DNA of 52,683 nucleotides from positions 1 through 52,683 of the IMG/VR virus record IMGVR_UViG_3300034008_000022; one strand, written 5' to 3'. This document shows, in pieces, positions 26,300 to 35,352 of the stretch. The notes below the pieces were generated by a model. It worked only from the letters and a program-made list of their open reading frames with translations. It was not told where the DNA came from and made no database searches. Position 1 is the stretch's first letter. The number at the start of each line of letters is the position of its first letter. This stretch comes from a virus. Taxonomy: Duplodnaviria; Caudoviricetes. A program made the position numbers and the translations under genes.

Positions 26300-27448
26300 A
26301 TGGCCGCACGACGGGGAAAAGGCGAAGGTGGCATCACGCAGCGCCACGATCACGCGACGTGCCCACCGCGCGTCGACGGCGTGCGCCCGGTGCACCGCTG
26401 CCAAGGCCGGTGGGTCGGCACCCTCCCGCTGCCGGACTCCGACCTCCGCAAGACGATGTACGGCCGGACCCGCAAAGAGGTCAAGATCAAGCTCGACACC
26501 GCCCGTCGCGACCGAGCTGAGCACATCCTGGTCACGTCCTCGCCGACCGTCGAGACATGGCTCCGCTACTGGCTGGACACCATCTGTGTCGAGCGCGGCC
26601 TCAAGACGAACACCCTCAAGTCGCATCGCTCGAAGGTCGAGCAGTATCTGATCCCTCACCTGGGGCGGATCCGCTTGGACAGGCTCGCGCCCGAGCACCT
26701 ACGGCGCATGTACGCACAGATGCGTGAGCAGGGGCTGGCGGAAGCCACGTTGCGACAGGCGCACGCCGTACTCCGCCGAGCGCTCGAGGTCGCCGTGCGC
26801 GAACGCAAGGCCGCCAGGAACGTGGCCGCCCTGATCGACCCGCCCAAGACGATCAGGGGTCAGCGCCAGCCACTCAGCCTCGCCGACGCACAGAAGGTGC
26901 TGCACGGCGCCGACCTGCGATGGTACGTCGCGCTCTACCTCGGCCTGCGCCAAGGCGAAGCGCTCGCGCTGCGCTGGTCAGACGTCAATCTCGACCAAGG
27001 CTTCCTGGTCATCAGTCGGTCCTTGGTCCGCAAGCCGGGGGCCGGCCTCATCTTCGACACCCCGAAGTCCGTGGCCTCGCACCGCGCCGTGCCGCTACCT
27101 GTGGTCGTGCTGTCCCGGTTCAAGGTCGCCTGGGCCGAGCACCTAGCCACCGGGGGGCACGAGGACGCCCTGATCTTCAACCACAACGGCGCCCCGCTCG
27201 ACCACCGCGCGGACTGGCAGGCGTGGGCCGACCAGCTCTCATCCGCTGGCGTGCCCCACGTCGCACTCCACGCCGCCCGCAACACCGCAGCCAGCCTGCT
27301 CGAGCAAGCCGGCGTGCCGGACCGGGTCGTCGCACAGATCCTCGGACAGACCAGCGTCAAGGTGACTCACGGCTACCAGAACGCCGATCTGCCCCGTCTC
27401 GGTGAGGCTATGAAGGCGCTGGAAGGACTGCTAGCACCGGAGGACTGA
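26300..27448 (+). CDS. int: Tyrosine integrase
   Basis: GLRQGE.L.L.W.D, PKS, LHAAR, ILGQ...Y; AAGGAGG SD. Confidence 0.95.
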   Translation: MAARRGKGEGGITQRHDHATCPPRVDGVRPVHRCQGRWVGTLPLPDSDLRKTMYGRTRKEVKIKLDTARRDRAEHILVTSSPTVETWLRYWLDTICVERGLKTNTLKSHRSKVEQYLIPHLGRIRLDRLAPEHLRRMYAQMREQGLAEATLRQAHAVLRRALEVAVRERKAARNVAALIDPPKTIRGQRQPLSLADAQKVLHGADLRWYVALYLGLRQGEALALRWSDVNLDQGFLVISRSLVRKPGAGLIFDTPKSVASHRAVPLPVVVLSRFKVAWAEHLATGGHEDALIFNHNGAPLDHRADWQAWADQLSSAGVPHVALHAARNTAASLLEQAGVPDRVVAQILGQTSVKVTHGYQNADLPRLGEAMKALEGLLAPED

Positions 27449-27616
27449 TAACCAGCACCCTCTCGTTCCCCCGCTCGATCAACAGCCACTCGTGGCCCGC
27501 TGGCAGATCGCTCTCGTCGACCACCACGACCCTGCATTTGACGCTCGTCGCCACCCTGCCCCCTCCCCCGAGTGGCCGACTGTAGCAATGGAAATGCGCA
27601 CATTGTCGGAATCCCG

Positions 27617-27979
27617 TCAGGACTGCTGACCCCGACCCGCTAAGAACCGCGTGGCCGCCTCGGCTACTCCATCGGCGGGCCCCGAAAACGTGACCTTGGT
27701 GCCGTCTGGCAGGTCGATGGTGCTTGTCACGACGTCGGGGGTGTCCTGACCTACCAGCAACTCGAGGCGCTCGAGCGTCGATGTCACCGCACCGATGAAG
27801 GTCGGGCCGATCGCAGGGTCGCCCTTCTCAAGCAACGAGAGCCGACCCCTGTCGACAGGTGTCAACTTCGCCAGCTCTCGCAGGCTTATACCGAGCGCCT
27901 CGCGCCGGTCCTTGATCGACTTCCCGATCACTCCATTGTCGTCGTCCACGCGCGCCAATCTAGGGCTTTTTTGACCCAT
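27617..27979 (-). CDS. XRE-family HTH immunity repressor
   Basis: IKDRREALGISLRELA...LS.LEKG; divergent from the early operon. Confidence 0.8.
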   Translation of the reverse strand: MGQKSPRLARVDDDNGVIGKSIKDRREALGISLRELAKLTPVDRGRLSLLEKGDPAIGPTFIGAVTSTLERLELLVGQDTPDVVTSTIDLPDGTKVTFSGPADGVAEAATRFLAGRGQQS

Positions 27980-28024
27980 GTTCGTCCATCCCCCCGGATG
28001 ATGTTCGTTTCAACTAGTGACGGT

Positions 28025-28042
28025 ATGTCCTAGTTCGGACAT
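28025..28042. promoter_or_regulatory. Putative repressor operator (ATGTCC-N6-GGACAT)
   Basis: Inverted repeat in the divergent intergenic region. Confidence 0.55.
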
Positions 28043-28071
28043 CGCGCAAGTAAAAAGTCAGCCGCCGGTGG

Positions 28072-28100
28072 TTGCGTACTCGACACCACTGCGGCATAGT
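28072..28100 (+). promoter_or_regulatory. Early rightward promoter, probably leaderless
   Basis: TTGCGT-N17-CATAGT, ATG 7 nt downstream, no SD. Confidence 0.6.
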
Positions 28101-28107
28101 CAGCCAC

Positions 28108-28332
28108 ATGCAGCCGTACTCCACCGCAGATGGCGGGCTCACCCCGATCTTCGTTTCGGTCAAGCAGGCCGCGCAGATGCTCGGCATTTCGCCCTGGTCC
28201 TGCTACCAGCTCCTGGACGCTGGCGCAGTCGACTCGCGCTACCAGGGCCGCCGCCGGCTCGTGCGCGTCACGTCGCTGCACGAGTACGCCGAGAGTCTGC
28301 CGAGCGCGCCGGCCGCCAGCGAGTCAGCATGA
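28108..28332 (+). CDS. Excisionase/Cro-like HTH protein
   Basis: SVKQAAQMLGIS...YQLLDAG...GRRRLV..SL.EY. Confidence 0.85.
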   Translation: MQPYSTADGGLTPIFVSVKQAAQMLGISPWSCYQLLDAGAVDSRYQGRRRLVRVTSLHEYAESLPSAPAASESA

Positions 28333-28877
28333 ACAGCCGCCGCACCATCGCAGCCGCAGCAGCCACCGCCCTGCTCCCGCTCACCCTCGCTGCAGCCCCG
28401 GCGCAGGCAGACACCGGATGGAACGGGCTCCACACCTCCGCACCACGGGCGGCCAGGGCCGAGATCACCCCGAGCGCGGGAGCCGTCTCTGTCAAGCGGC
28501 GCACGCACTACTACTACGAGGAGGGGTACGGCGACAACCCTCCCGTGGACTGGAAGGTGAGGTTCACCATCGGCTGGAAGCCCGCGAACCGTGGGCACGG
28601 CATCCTGTTCACGGACGTGTGGCTGTGGGTCATCAACCCCGGCGGTGGCCCGGAGAACGGCGTCGAGTCACCGCCGTTCAAGAAGATCAGCCTCCGACTC
28701 GGGGCGAACGCCTGGAACCTGCGGTGGCACCGTGGCGGGGGCCGGTTCCACCGGGACCTGACCGAACGTCGTCCCGGCTCCAAAGCGCGGGTCCGCCTGT
28801 CCTACACGATGGGCAAGACGGGCCTGCCTGACGGCGCCCGCAAGCGGTTCGTGTTCTACGTCAACCGCATCCAGTAA
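28329..28877 (+). CDS. Secreted protein with signal peptide
   Basis: MNSRRTIAAAAATALLPLTLAAAPAQA N-terminus; ATGA overlap. Confidence 0.7.
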   Translation: MNSRRTIAAAAATALLPLTLAAAPAQADTGWNGLHTSAPRAARAEITPSAGAVSVKRRTHYYYEEGYGDNPPVDWKVRFTIGWKPANRGHGILFTDVWLWVINPGGGPENGVESPPFKKISLRLGANAWNLRWHRGGGRFHRDLTERRPGSKARVRLSYTMGKTGLPDGARKRFVFYVNRIQ

Positions 28878-29038
28878 CCCCCTGATCGCCAGCCGTCGCG
28901 CCCACCACCGCGCGGTGACCGGCAACCACGTCCCGGCTCCGAGGAAGGGGAAGCCGACGGGCCGGGAGCACCACTCAGAAGACAGCAGCCGCCTCAAAGC
29001 CGGACAGGGCGAGGCGGCCACCAACAGGAAGGCTACCA

Positions 29039-29335
29039 ATGACCAACCCCCCAGGCGCATTCCGCACAACCGCCGCCGCACTCGAGTTCGTCCAACTCCC
29101 GCAGGCGACGGCCGGACTGCCCGCACCGTTCCGCATCGCTGGCGACACTTACGAAGCCGACATCCTGTTCAAGACCGACACCGACCTGCAGCAGTGGGTC
29201 GACTGGATCCGGCTCGACGACGAGATCGCCGACCCCGCGCGCCGCCCCGACAGCAACCAGGTCGCCGCGACGTTCGTGCACGACGCCGTCACCATCACCC
29301 TGGTCGGGTTCGTCCGCGACGCGGTGACCGCATGA
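29039..29335 (+). CDS. Hypothetical protein
   Basis: AGGAAGG SD, codon usage. Confidence 0.65.
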   Translation: MTNPPGAFRTTAAALEFVQLPQATAGLPAPFRIAGDTYEADILFKTDTDLQQWVDWIRLDDEIADPARRPDSNQVAATFVHDAVTITLVGFVRDAVTA

Positions 29336-29550
29336 TCTTCATCGTCGCGCTCCTCGCCTACCTGGGCTTCTGGGCCCTGGTCGCCGCCTACCTGCTGTGG
29401 CGCGACCGCAACGGCCACCCGAGGGACGAGCGCCCGATCGGCTACGGGTTCCACCTCGAGCACGACTACACCCGGGTCCACAGCGACCTCGCGCAGGCCC
29501 AGCGCGACCGGGCAGCGCAGCACATCGCCAAGCGTGAGGCTTCCCGGTGA
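29332..29550 (+). CDS. Small membrane protein
   Basis: N-terminal TM; ATGA overlap. Confidence 0.65.
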   Translation: MIFIVALLAYLGFWALVAAYLLWRDRNGHPRDERPIGYGFHLEHDYTRVHSDLAQAQRDRAAQHIAKREASR

Positions 29551-29792
29551 CCGCCGTCGTGTGGTTCGCGCTGGCCGCCGGTTGCTCGACCACGTTCCTG
29601 CTGCTCCTCGTCGACCGCGCCCGCGAGGTCCGCCGCGCACGCCGCGAGCGGGTCGCCCGCGTCCGTGCCGAGCTGACCGCGCAGACCCTCGAGCACCACC
29701 ACTGGCTCATGTGGTCGTACGAGCAGGCGGCATGGGAAGCCGCCGACCGACCGATGCCCGACGTGGCCGACCAGAAAGTGAGCCACCCATGA
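29547..29792 (+). CDS. Small membrane protein
   Basis: N-terminal TM; GTGA overlap. Confidence 0.65.
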   Translation: MTAVVWFALAAGCSTTFLLLLVDRAREVRRARRERVARVRAELTAQTLEHHHWLMWSYEQAAWEAADRPMPDVADQKVSHP

Positions 29793-30067
29793 ACCGCACC
29801 GTCACCACCCTCGCCGCAGCAGCCATCCTCGCGGCCACCGGTGTCGCAGCCAGCGCAGCGCCGACCGCCCCTGTGCGCGGCCGGATGGCCACTGTGGCGA
29901 CGACACCCTGCCCGTCCGAGGACTCGGTCAACTGCTACTGGAACGCACGGACGAGAGGTGACGGCACCGGCCACTCGTTCTACGCCATCGTCGTCGGGCC
30001 CCGGGTCTGCACGTTCTACTGGGCGAAGGCATACGCCCGGACCCATGACCGGTGCGTGGCGCGGTGA
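29789..30067 (+). CDS. Small secreted Cys-containing protein
   Basis: Signal peptide; PC.SEDS.NCYW.A..RG.G.G.SF motif. Confidence 0.7.
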   Translation: MNRTVTTLAAAAILAATGVAASAAPTAPVRGRMATVATTPCPSEDSVNCYWNARTRGDGTGHSFYAIVVGPRVCTFYWAKAYARTHDRCVAR

Positions 30068-30294
30068 GCGGCCCGGAGCACTACCGCGAGGCCGAGCGGC
30101 TCCTGGCCGAGGCGCGCGTCCCAGCACGCGACCGTGCGAAGCCCGGCTGGTTGACCGCCGCCGAGCGCTACGCCATGGCCCAGGTGCACGCGACCCTCGC
30201 ACTCGCGGCTGCCACCGCCGAGCCGATCGTCACGGGGTTCGCCGGCGACGAGGACACGGCGATCGCTGCAGCCTGGGCGGAGGCGGTCTCGTGA
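30064..30294 (+). CDS. Hypothetical protein
   Basis: GPEHYREAERLL...AQVHATLALAAAT motif common in actinophages. Confidence 0.75.
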   Translation: MSGPEHYREAERLLAEARVPARDRAKPGWLTAAERYAMAQVHATLALAAATAEPIVTGFAGDEDTAIAAAWAEAVS

Positions 30295-30677
30295 GCGCCG
30301 AGACGCTGCGCCGGGCCGCGAGCCTCATGCGCGAGAGGGCCGAGGGTGCTGGCTGGGCAACCCTTGATCGTCCGTGGGGCTCAGATGGTGAACAGGTCAC
30401 TGGCGGTGACGGACAGTGGATGCTCGTCGCCACGGCCGCCGACACACCCGAGGGCTCGTCCGATAGCGCCGTCGCGCCACACATCGCGGCGTGGCATCCC
30501 GCCGTCGCGCTCGCCGTGGCCGACTGGCTGGACATCGTTGCAGGGGCACACGAGAAGGCCCTGAGTCACAACAGCAAGTGGTGGAACCTCGCGCTTCGCA
30601 ATCTCTGGCACGTTCCCAACTTGGACCCGGCCCTCGCCGTCGCCCGCGCCTACCTCATCGGGGAGGCGGCGGCATGA
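30291..30677 (+). CDS. Hypothetical protein (Ead/Ea22-like motif)
   Basis: HIAAWHPAVALAVADWL. Confidence 0.65.
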   Translation: MSAETLRRAASLMRERAEGAGWATLDRPWGSDGEQVTGGDGQWMLVATAADTPEGSSDSAVAPHIAAWHPAVALAVADWLDIVAGAHEKALSHNSKWWNLALRNLWHVPNLDPALAVARAYLIGEAAA

Positions 30678-31831
30678 GCGGCGTCGGCTTCAACCGCGAC
30701 CTGGCCACCAAGCCCAAGCCGCCCAAGCCCAGCAAGGGCTGGCGTAGTGGCTGGTGCGGTCTCCGCGCCGAGCCGTGGCAGCACGACCGGTGCCCGGTGT
30801 TCAGCCCGGCCGAGACGCCCTGCTGCTGCTCGTGTCACGACGAGCTCGAGGCCATCGTCCTGCCAGCGGGTCAGCGTGTCACCGACCAGGCGACCGAGGT
30901 GATCCCGGCCGGCGGCTACCTGTCTCCCGAATGGCACGAGGCGCGTCGTACGACGGTCAGCGCGTCCGAGATCGCGGCCGTGCTCGGCCTGTCAACCTGG
31001 ACCAGCCCGTTTGACCTGTGGTGGCTCAAGCGCACCGGCGTGGACTCGCAGCCGGAGAACGCCGCGATGCGGCGCGGAAAGCGGGTCGAGCGGCTCATCC
31101 TCGAGGACTTCACCGAGGCGCACCCCGAGCTGACCGTGCGGCCCGCCGGGCTGTGCGTGAACAACGAGCGTCAGTGGCAGGCGTGCACTCCGGACGGCCT
31201 GGCGTACGACGGTGACCCGGCCCTCGTCGAATGGCCGAGCTTCCCCGAGCCGGTCGCTGTGGTCGAGGCGAAGAACGACCACAACCGCGACGCGTGGGGC
31301 GAGGAAGGCACCGACGACATCCCGGTGGCGTACCGGTGCCAGACGCTGTGGCAGATGGACACGCTCGGCGTGTCTGTCGCCTACGTGCCGATGTGGCTCG
31401 GCACCGACTACCGCGAGTACGTCGTGGAGTACCACGAGGGCGACGTGCGGATCATGCGCGAGGCCGCCGAGGCGTTCCTGACCTCCGTGCGCGAGGACCG
31501 GATGCCGGACATCGACTCGCATTCGGCCACCTCCCGCCGACTCAAGCGGCTCCACCCCGAGCTGGTCGACCGGACAGCACCTGTGCCCATCACGATCCTC
31601 CGCCAGCACCAGACGGCGAAGCGGCTCAAGAAGGCCGCCGAGGACCGGATGCGGCTCGCCGAGAACAGGGTCCGCGCGCTCGCCGGCCCCGCAGCCACGA
31701 TCGCCGCCGTCGGCGACGGCGGCCAGGTGCTCAAGACGTTCAGCCACACCCGCAGCGACATCAAGGAGCGCACGCAGGTCGTGCGCGCCCACTCCAGAGA
31801 CCTCATCAACTTCCCCCGGAAAGACGTGTGA
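30674..31831 (+). CDS. YqaJ/lambda-type exonuclease (RecE partner)
   Basis: W...RR..V.ASEIAAVLG, TPDG, EAK, Y..Q..WQM. Confidence 0.9.
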   Translation: MSGVGFNRDLATKPKPPKPSKGWRSGWCGLRAEPWQHDRCPVFSPAETPCCCSCHDELEAIVLPAGQRVTDQATEVIPAGGYLSPEWHEARRTTVSASEIAAVLGLSTWTSPFDLWWLKRTGVDSQPENAAMRRGKRVERLILEDFTEAHPELTVRPAGLCVNNERQWQACTPDGLAYDGDPALVEWPSFPEPVAVVEAKNDHNRDAWGEEGTDDIPVAYRCQTLWQMDTLGVSVAYVPMWLGTDYREYVVEYHEGDVRIMREAAEAFLTSVREDRMPDIDSHSATSRRLKRLHPELVDRTAPVPITILRQHQTAKRLKKAAEDRMRLAENRVRALAGPAATIAAVGDGGQVLKTFSHTRSDIKERTQVVRAHSRDLINFPRKDV

Positions 31832-31833
31832 CC

Positions 31834-32718
31834 ATGACGCAGACCATCGGCCAGGCCGTCGCCACCCGCGACAACACCCCCGCCGCACTCATCAGGCAGT
31901 ACAGCAACGACTTCAAGACGGTGCTGCCCTCCCACGTCCGGCCCGACACCTGGGTCCGACTCGCTCAGGGTGCCCTCAAGAAGGGCAAGAAGGCCACGGA
32001 CGGCCGCACCGAGCTCGAGGTGGCCGCAGCGAACAACCCTGGCGTGTTCCTCGCGGCCGTGCTCGACGCTGCCCGCCTCGGACTGGAGCCCGGGTCGGAG
32101 CAGTTCTACCTCACGCCCCGCAAGGTCAAGGGCCGGCTGGAGATCCTCGGCATCGTCGGCTACCAGGGCCACATCGAGCTGATGTACCGGGCCGGTGCGA
32201 TCTCCTCGGTGGTCGCCGAGTGCGTCTACGAGAACGACGGCTTCGACTACCAGCCCGGCCGGGACCAGAAGCCGGTGCACACGATCGACTGGGACGCTGC
32301 GGACCGCGGGATGCTCCGGCTGGTCTACGCCTACGCGATCATGCGGGACCGAGCGGTGTCCAAGGTGATCGTGCTCAACCGTGCGGCTATCAACAAGATC
32401 AAGGCGTCCTCGCAGGGGTCGGACTCGGAGTACTCCCCGTGGAAGAACCACGAGCACGCCATGTGGCTCAAGTCGGCGGTCCGCCAGCTGCAGAAGTGGG
32501 TGCCCACCTCGGCCGAGTACCGCGACGCGCTCCGGTCCGATGCGGTCGAGGTGCAGCGCGCCAGGGCCGAGGCCGAGCGCCCGACGTACGCCGGCGAGCC
32601 ACTCCCGCACGTCGACACCGACACCGGCGAGATCCTCGAGGAGCCGGCCGAGGGCGAGATCGTCGACGCCGAGTACGACCCGACGACGGAGCCCGACTGG
32701 AACGGCGGCCAGTCATGA
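31834..32718 (+). CDS. recT: RecT-family ssDNA annealing protein
   Basis: LGLEP, GYQG.IEL.YRAG, SPW..H..AMW.K. Confidence 0.92.
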   Translation: MTQTIGQAVATRDNTPAALIRQYSNDFKTVLPSHVRPDTWVRLAQGALKKGKKATDGRTELEVAAANNPGVFLAAVLDAARLGLEPGSEQFYLTPRKVKGRLEILGIVGYQGHIELMYRAGAISSVVAECVYENDGFDYQPGRDQKPVHTIDWDAADRGMLRLVYAYAIMRDRAVSKVIVLNRAAINKIKASSQGSDSEYSPWKNHEHAMWLKSAVRQLQKWVPTSAEYRDALRSDAVEVQRARAEAERPTYAGEPLPHVDTDTGEILEEPAEGEIVDAEYDPTTEPDWNGGQS

Positions 32719-32858
32719 GCCGCTGGGGTGAGGCGCCGTACGACTTCGCGCGTGAGCGCCACGAGGCCGAGAACGACGAGCCCGACGGCCGCTGGGTCGC
32801 CGGGGACTACGTCGACCTCAACGACATCCCCGACCTGGCTGACCTGGAGTGGGACTGA
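32715..32858 (+). CDS. 47-aa acidic micro-protein
   Basis: ATGA and TGATG overlaps; about one third D/E. Confidence 0.6.
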   Translation: MSRWGEAPYDFARERHEAENDEPDGRWVAGDYVDLNDIPDLADLEWD

Positions 32859-33415
32859 TGAGCGACTTTGAGTTCCAGGCTTGGCCCAAGATCGCTCGCC
32901 TGAACCGCGACATCACCATCACCGAGAAGATCGACGGCACCAACGCTGCGGTCCTCGTCGGGGACGATCTGTCTGTCGGCGCGCAGTCGCGGTCCCGGAT
33001 CATCACGCCCGACACCGACAACTTCGGTTTCGCCCGCTGGGTGAGGGAGAACGCGGAGTCGCTCGCCGCGATTCTCGGCCCCGGCCGTCACTTCGGGGAG
33101 TGGTGGGGCGTAGGCATCCAACGCCGCTACGGCCTCACCGAGAAGCGGTTCTCGCTGTTCAACACCGCCCGCTACGGCACAACCGACTTCACCGAACTTC
33201 CGCAGGTCGGAGCCGTGCCCGTTCTCTACGAAGGCCCGTTCGAGCAGTACGCCGTACTCAGCGCACTACAGGACTTGCAGGACAACGGGTCTCACGCTGC
33301 ACCGGGGTTCATGGACCCCGAGGGCGTCGTCGTGTTCCACAGCGCCGCTCAGCAGATGTTCAAGGTGACCATCAAGGGCGACGAGATGCCCAAGTCAGCG
33401 GAGCGTGCCGCATGA
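32858..33415 (+). CDS. RNA ligase-like nucleotidyltransferase
   Basis: TEKIDGTN (motif I), FGEW, PEGVV, FK. Confidence 0.85.
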   Translation: MSDFEFQAWPKIARLNRDITITEKIDGTNAAVLVGDDLSVGAQSRSRIITPDTDNFGFARWVRENAESLAAILGPGRHFGEWWGVGIQRRYGLTEKRFSLFNTARYGTTDFTELPQVGAVPVLYEGPFEQYAVLSALQDLQDNGSHAAPGFMDPEGVVVFHSAAQQMFKVTIKGDEMPKSAERAA

Positions 33416-33537
33416 CCCTCCGCCGCGCCCCGCGCGCCCTCATCCCCGGCCTGATCGGCCTGCTGTGGCGTCGCCCTGACGTCCGGCACGTCGGTGTCGC
33501 CGCGTACGTCGAGGAGGCAGTCCGATGGAACGCGTAG
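33412..33537 (+). CDS. Small hypothetical protein
   Basis: ATGA overlap; fills the gap. Confidence 0.4.
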   Translation: MTLRRAPRALIPGLIGLLWRRPDVRHVGVAAYVEEAVRWNA

Positions 33538-33884
33538 AGATGACCAACGAAGCCGCGCTCCGACTCCTGCGCGCCATGCTCGCAGCCGCCGAGACCGACG
33601 CACGCCACTACCGGGGTGCGTGGCTCAGCGCGAGGCGACGTGCGCATGGCCGTGCGGAGGCCGTCGAGGAGATCGACTCCGCTGTCACTGGTCGCGATCA
33701 GACGCCCCTGCCTGACTGGATCATGCTCCACGGCCTCAGCACGCAGGGCAGGCCGGGCACCTACTGGACCGCCCACTGCCTGCACGAGCCCTGCCCGACC
33801 GGGTTCTACGCGCAAGGCGGGCGGCAGCACGTCGAGGACGAGGCCGCACAGCACGTGCGGGCGAGCCACGGGAGCGAGACGTGA
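33525..33884 (+). CDS. Hypothetical protein
   Basis: GAGGAGG SD; Y..AW.SARRRA motif. Confidence 0.65.
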   Translation: MERVEMTNEAALRLLRAMLAAAETDARHYRGAWLSARRRAHGRAEAVEEIDSAVTGRDQTPLPDWIMLHGLSTQGRPGTYWTAHCLHEPCPTGFYAQGGRQHVEDEAAQHVRASHGSET

Positions 33885-35188
33885 GCCCCCGCATCGGCTC
33901 CCTCTGTTCCGGCTACGGCGGCCTCGAGATGGGCGTCCAGGCCGTCTATGGCGGCTCCCTGGCATGGGTGTCGGACATCGACAAGGGTGCCTCCAAGATC
34001 CTCGCCCACCGCTACCCCGACGTGCCCAACATCGGCGACATGACCGCCGTCGACTGGTCGGCCGTCGAGCCCGTCGACATCCTCTGTGGTGGCACACCCT
34101 GCCAGGACCTGTCCCACGCCGGGAAGCGCGTCGGCATGACCGAGGGGACCCGCTCCAACCTGTGGGTTTCCATGCGTGAAGCCATCGCAGTCCTACGCCC
34201 GGCCGTCGTGGTCTGGGAGAACGTCCGGGGGGCGTACAGTGCCGCAGCCGATAGCGAGATGGAACCCTGCCCGGGATGTGTGGGAAGCCGACCGGGGCAA
34301 CCTGTTCTGCGAGCACTTGGACGTGTACTCGGAGACCTTTCCGACCTCGGGTACGACTGTGGCTGGCACGGCCTACGCGCTGCCGACATCGGGGCGCCTC
34401 ATGGACGGTTCCGAGTCTTCGTCGTTGCCCACACCGGTCGCACAAGAGCCCGGCGGGACACCAGAACAGTATCGAGCTCGGTGGGCGAAATCGGACGGCA
34501 GGAAGTCCACATTCCTACCGCTGTCGATGGCGGTCTCTTGCCTACCCCCCGTGCCACACGAGGTGGGTCAAACACCGAAACCGTAAGTCTCTTGCCTACT
34601 CCTCGCGCAACGGACGGCACCAAGGGTGGCCCCAACCAGCGCGGCTCATCCGGCGACCTGATGCTGCCCAGCGCCGTCAACATGCTCCCCCACATGCTCC
34701 CCACCCCGCAAGCCGCGACGATGCAGGCCAAGCACGGCAACGGCAACGGGCACGGGAAGTCACTCAGCATCGAGGCGCAACGGCTGTTGCCGACACCGAA
34801 CGCCGGGGACGCCAAACAGGGTTACGTCAGCGCCGAGGACCACGAAGCCAAGCGAGCGCGCAAGGCCGAGCACGGCATCCACCTCCAGGACGACCTCCCG
34901 CAAGTGGTCACCACCGCAACCAACTGGGGCATCTACGCCGACGCCATCGCTCGCTGGGAGAGCCTGACCCGCCCCGCACCCGCGCCTACGCAGCCATCCA
35001 AGAAGGGCACACCGCAGCTCTCGCCGCGTTTCAGTGAGTGGCTCATGGGACTGCCCGCCGGATGGGTCACCGACGTCCCCGGCATCACCCGCAACGAGGC
35101 CCTCAAAGCACTCGGCAACGGGGTCGTGTGGCAGCAAGCAGAGGCTGCGCTCAGGTTCCTCGCCGCCATCCAGGAGCGTGCCGCATGA
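33881..35188 (+). CDS. DNA cytosine-C5 methyltransferase
   Basis: LCSG.GG, GG.PCQ, ENV, APH.R.R.F, LPTP repeats, EWLMGLP.GW, LGNGV. Confidence 0.92.
   Translation: MSPRIGSLCSGYGGLEMGVQAVYGGSLAWVSDIDKGASKILAHRYPDVPNIGDMTAVDWSAVEPVDILCGGTPCQDLSHAGKRVGMTEGTRSNLWVSMREAIAVLRPAVVVWENVRGAYSAAADSEMEPCPGCVGSRPGQPVLRALGRVLGDLSDLGYDCGWHGLRAADIGAPHGRFRVFVVAHTGRTRARRDTRTVSSSVGEIGRQEVHIPTAVDGGLLPTPRATRGGSNTETVSLLPTPRATDGTKGGPNQRGSSGDLMLPSAVNMLPHMLPTPQAATMQAKHGNGNGHGKSLSIEAQRLLPTPNAGDAKQGYVSAEDHEAKRARKAEHGIHLQDDLPQVVTTATNWGIYADAIARWESLTRPAPAPTQPSKKGTPQLSPRFSEWLMGLPAGWVTDVPGITRNEALKALGNGVVWQQAEAALRFLAAIQERAA
34239..34586 (+). CDS. Overprinted +1-frame ORF inside the methylase (possible beta-like polypeptide)
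   Basis: Contains its own SSSLPTP unit and LPLSMAV, matching the repeat style of the main frame. Confidence 0.45.
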   Translation: MPQPIARWNPARDVWEADRGNLFCEHLDVYSETFPTSGTTVAGTAYALPTSGRLMDGSESSSLPTPVAQEPGGTPEQYRARWAKSDGRKSTFLPLSMAVSCLPPVPHEVGQTPKP

Positions 35189-35352
35189 AGAGCCTCCTGC
35201 AGTTCCTCCACGACGTGGTCGCGAGCGCGCGCATCATGTTCGGCCGCACACCCCGCTGCTGCTTCTGCGGCGAGCGGCACGCCGACCTCGAGAGCCACAT
35301 GAGGACCTCTCACGCCGGCGACATCGACCTACAGAGACGAGCGTGGAGATGA
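35185..35352 (+). CDS. Micro-protein with C2H2-like motif
   Basis: CCFC-x9-H-x4-H; ATGA overlaps. Confidence 0.6.
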   Translation: MKSLLQFLHDVVASARIMFGRTPRCCFCGERHADLESHMRTSHAGDIDLQRRAWR

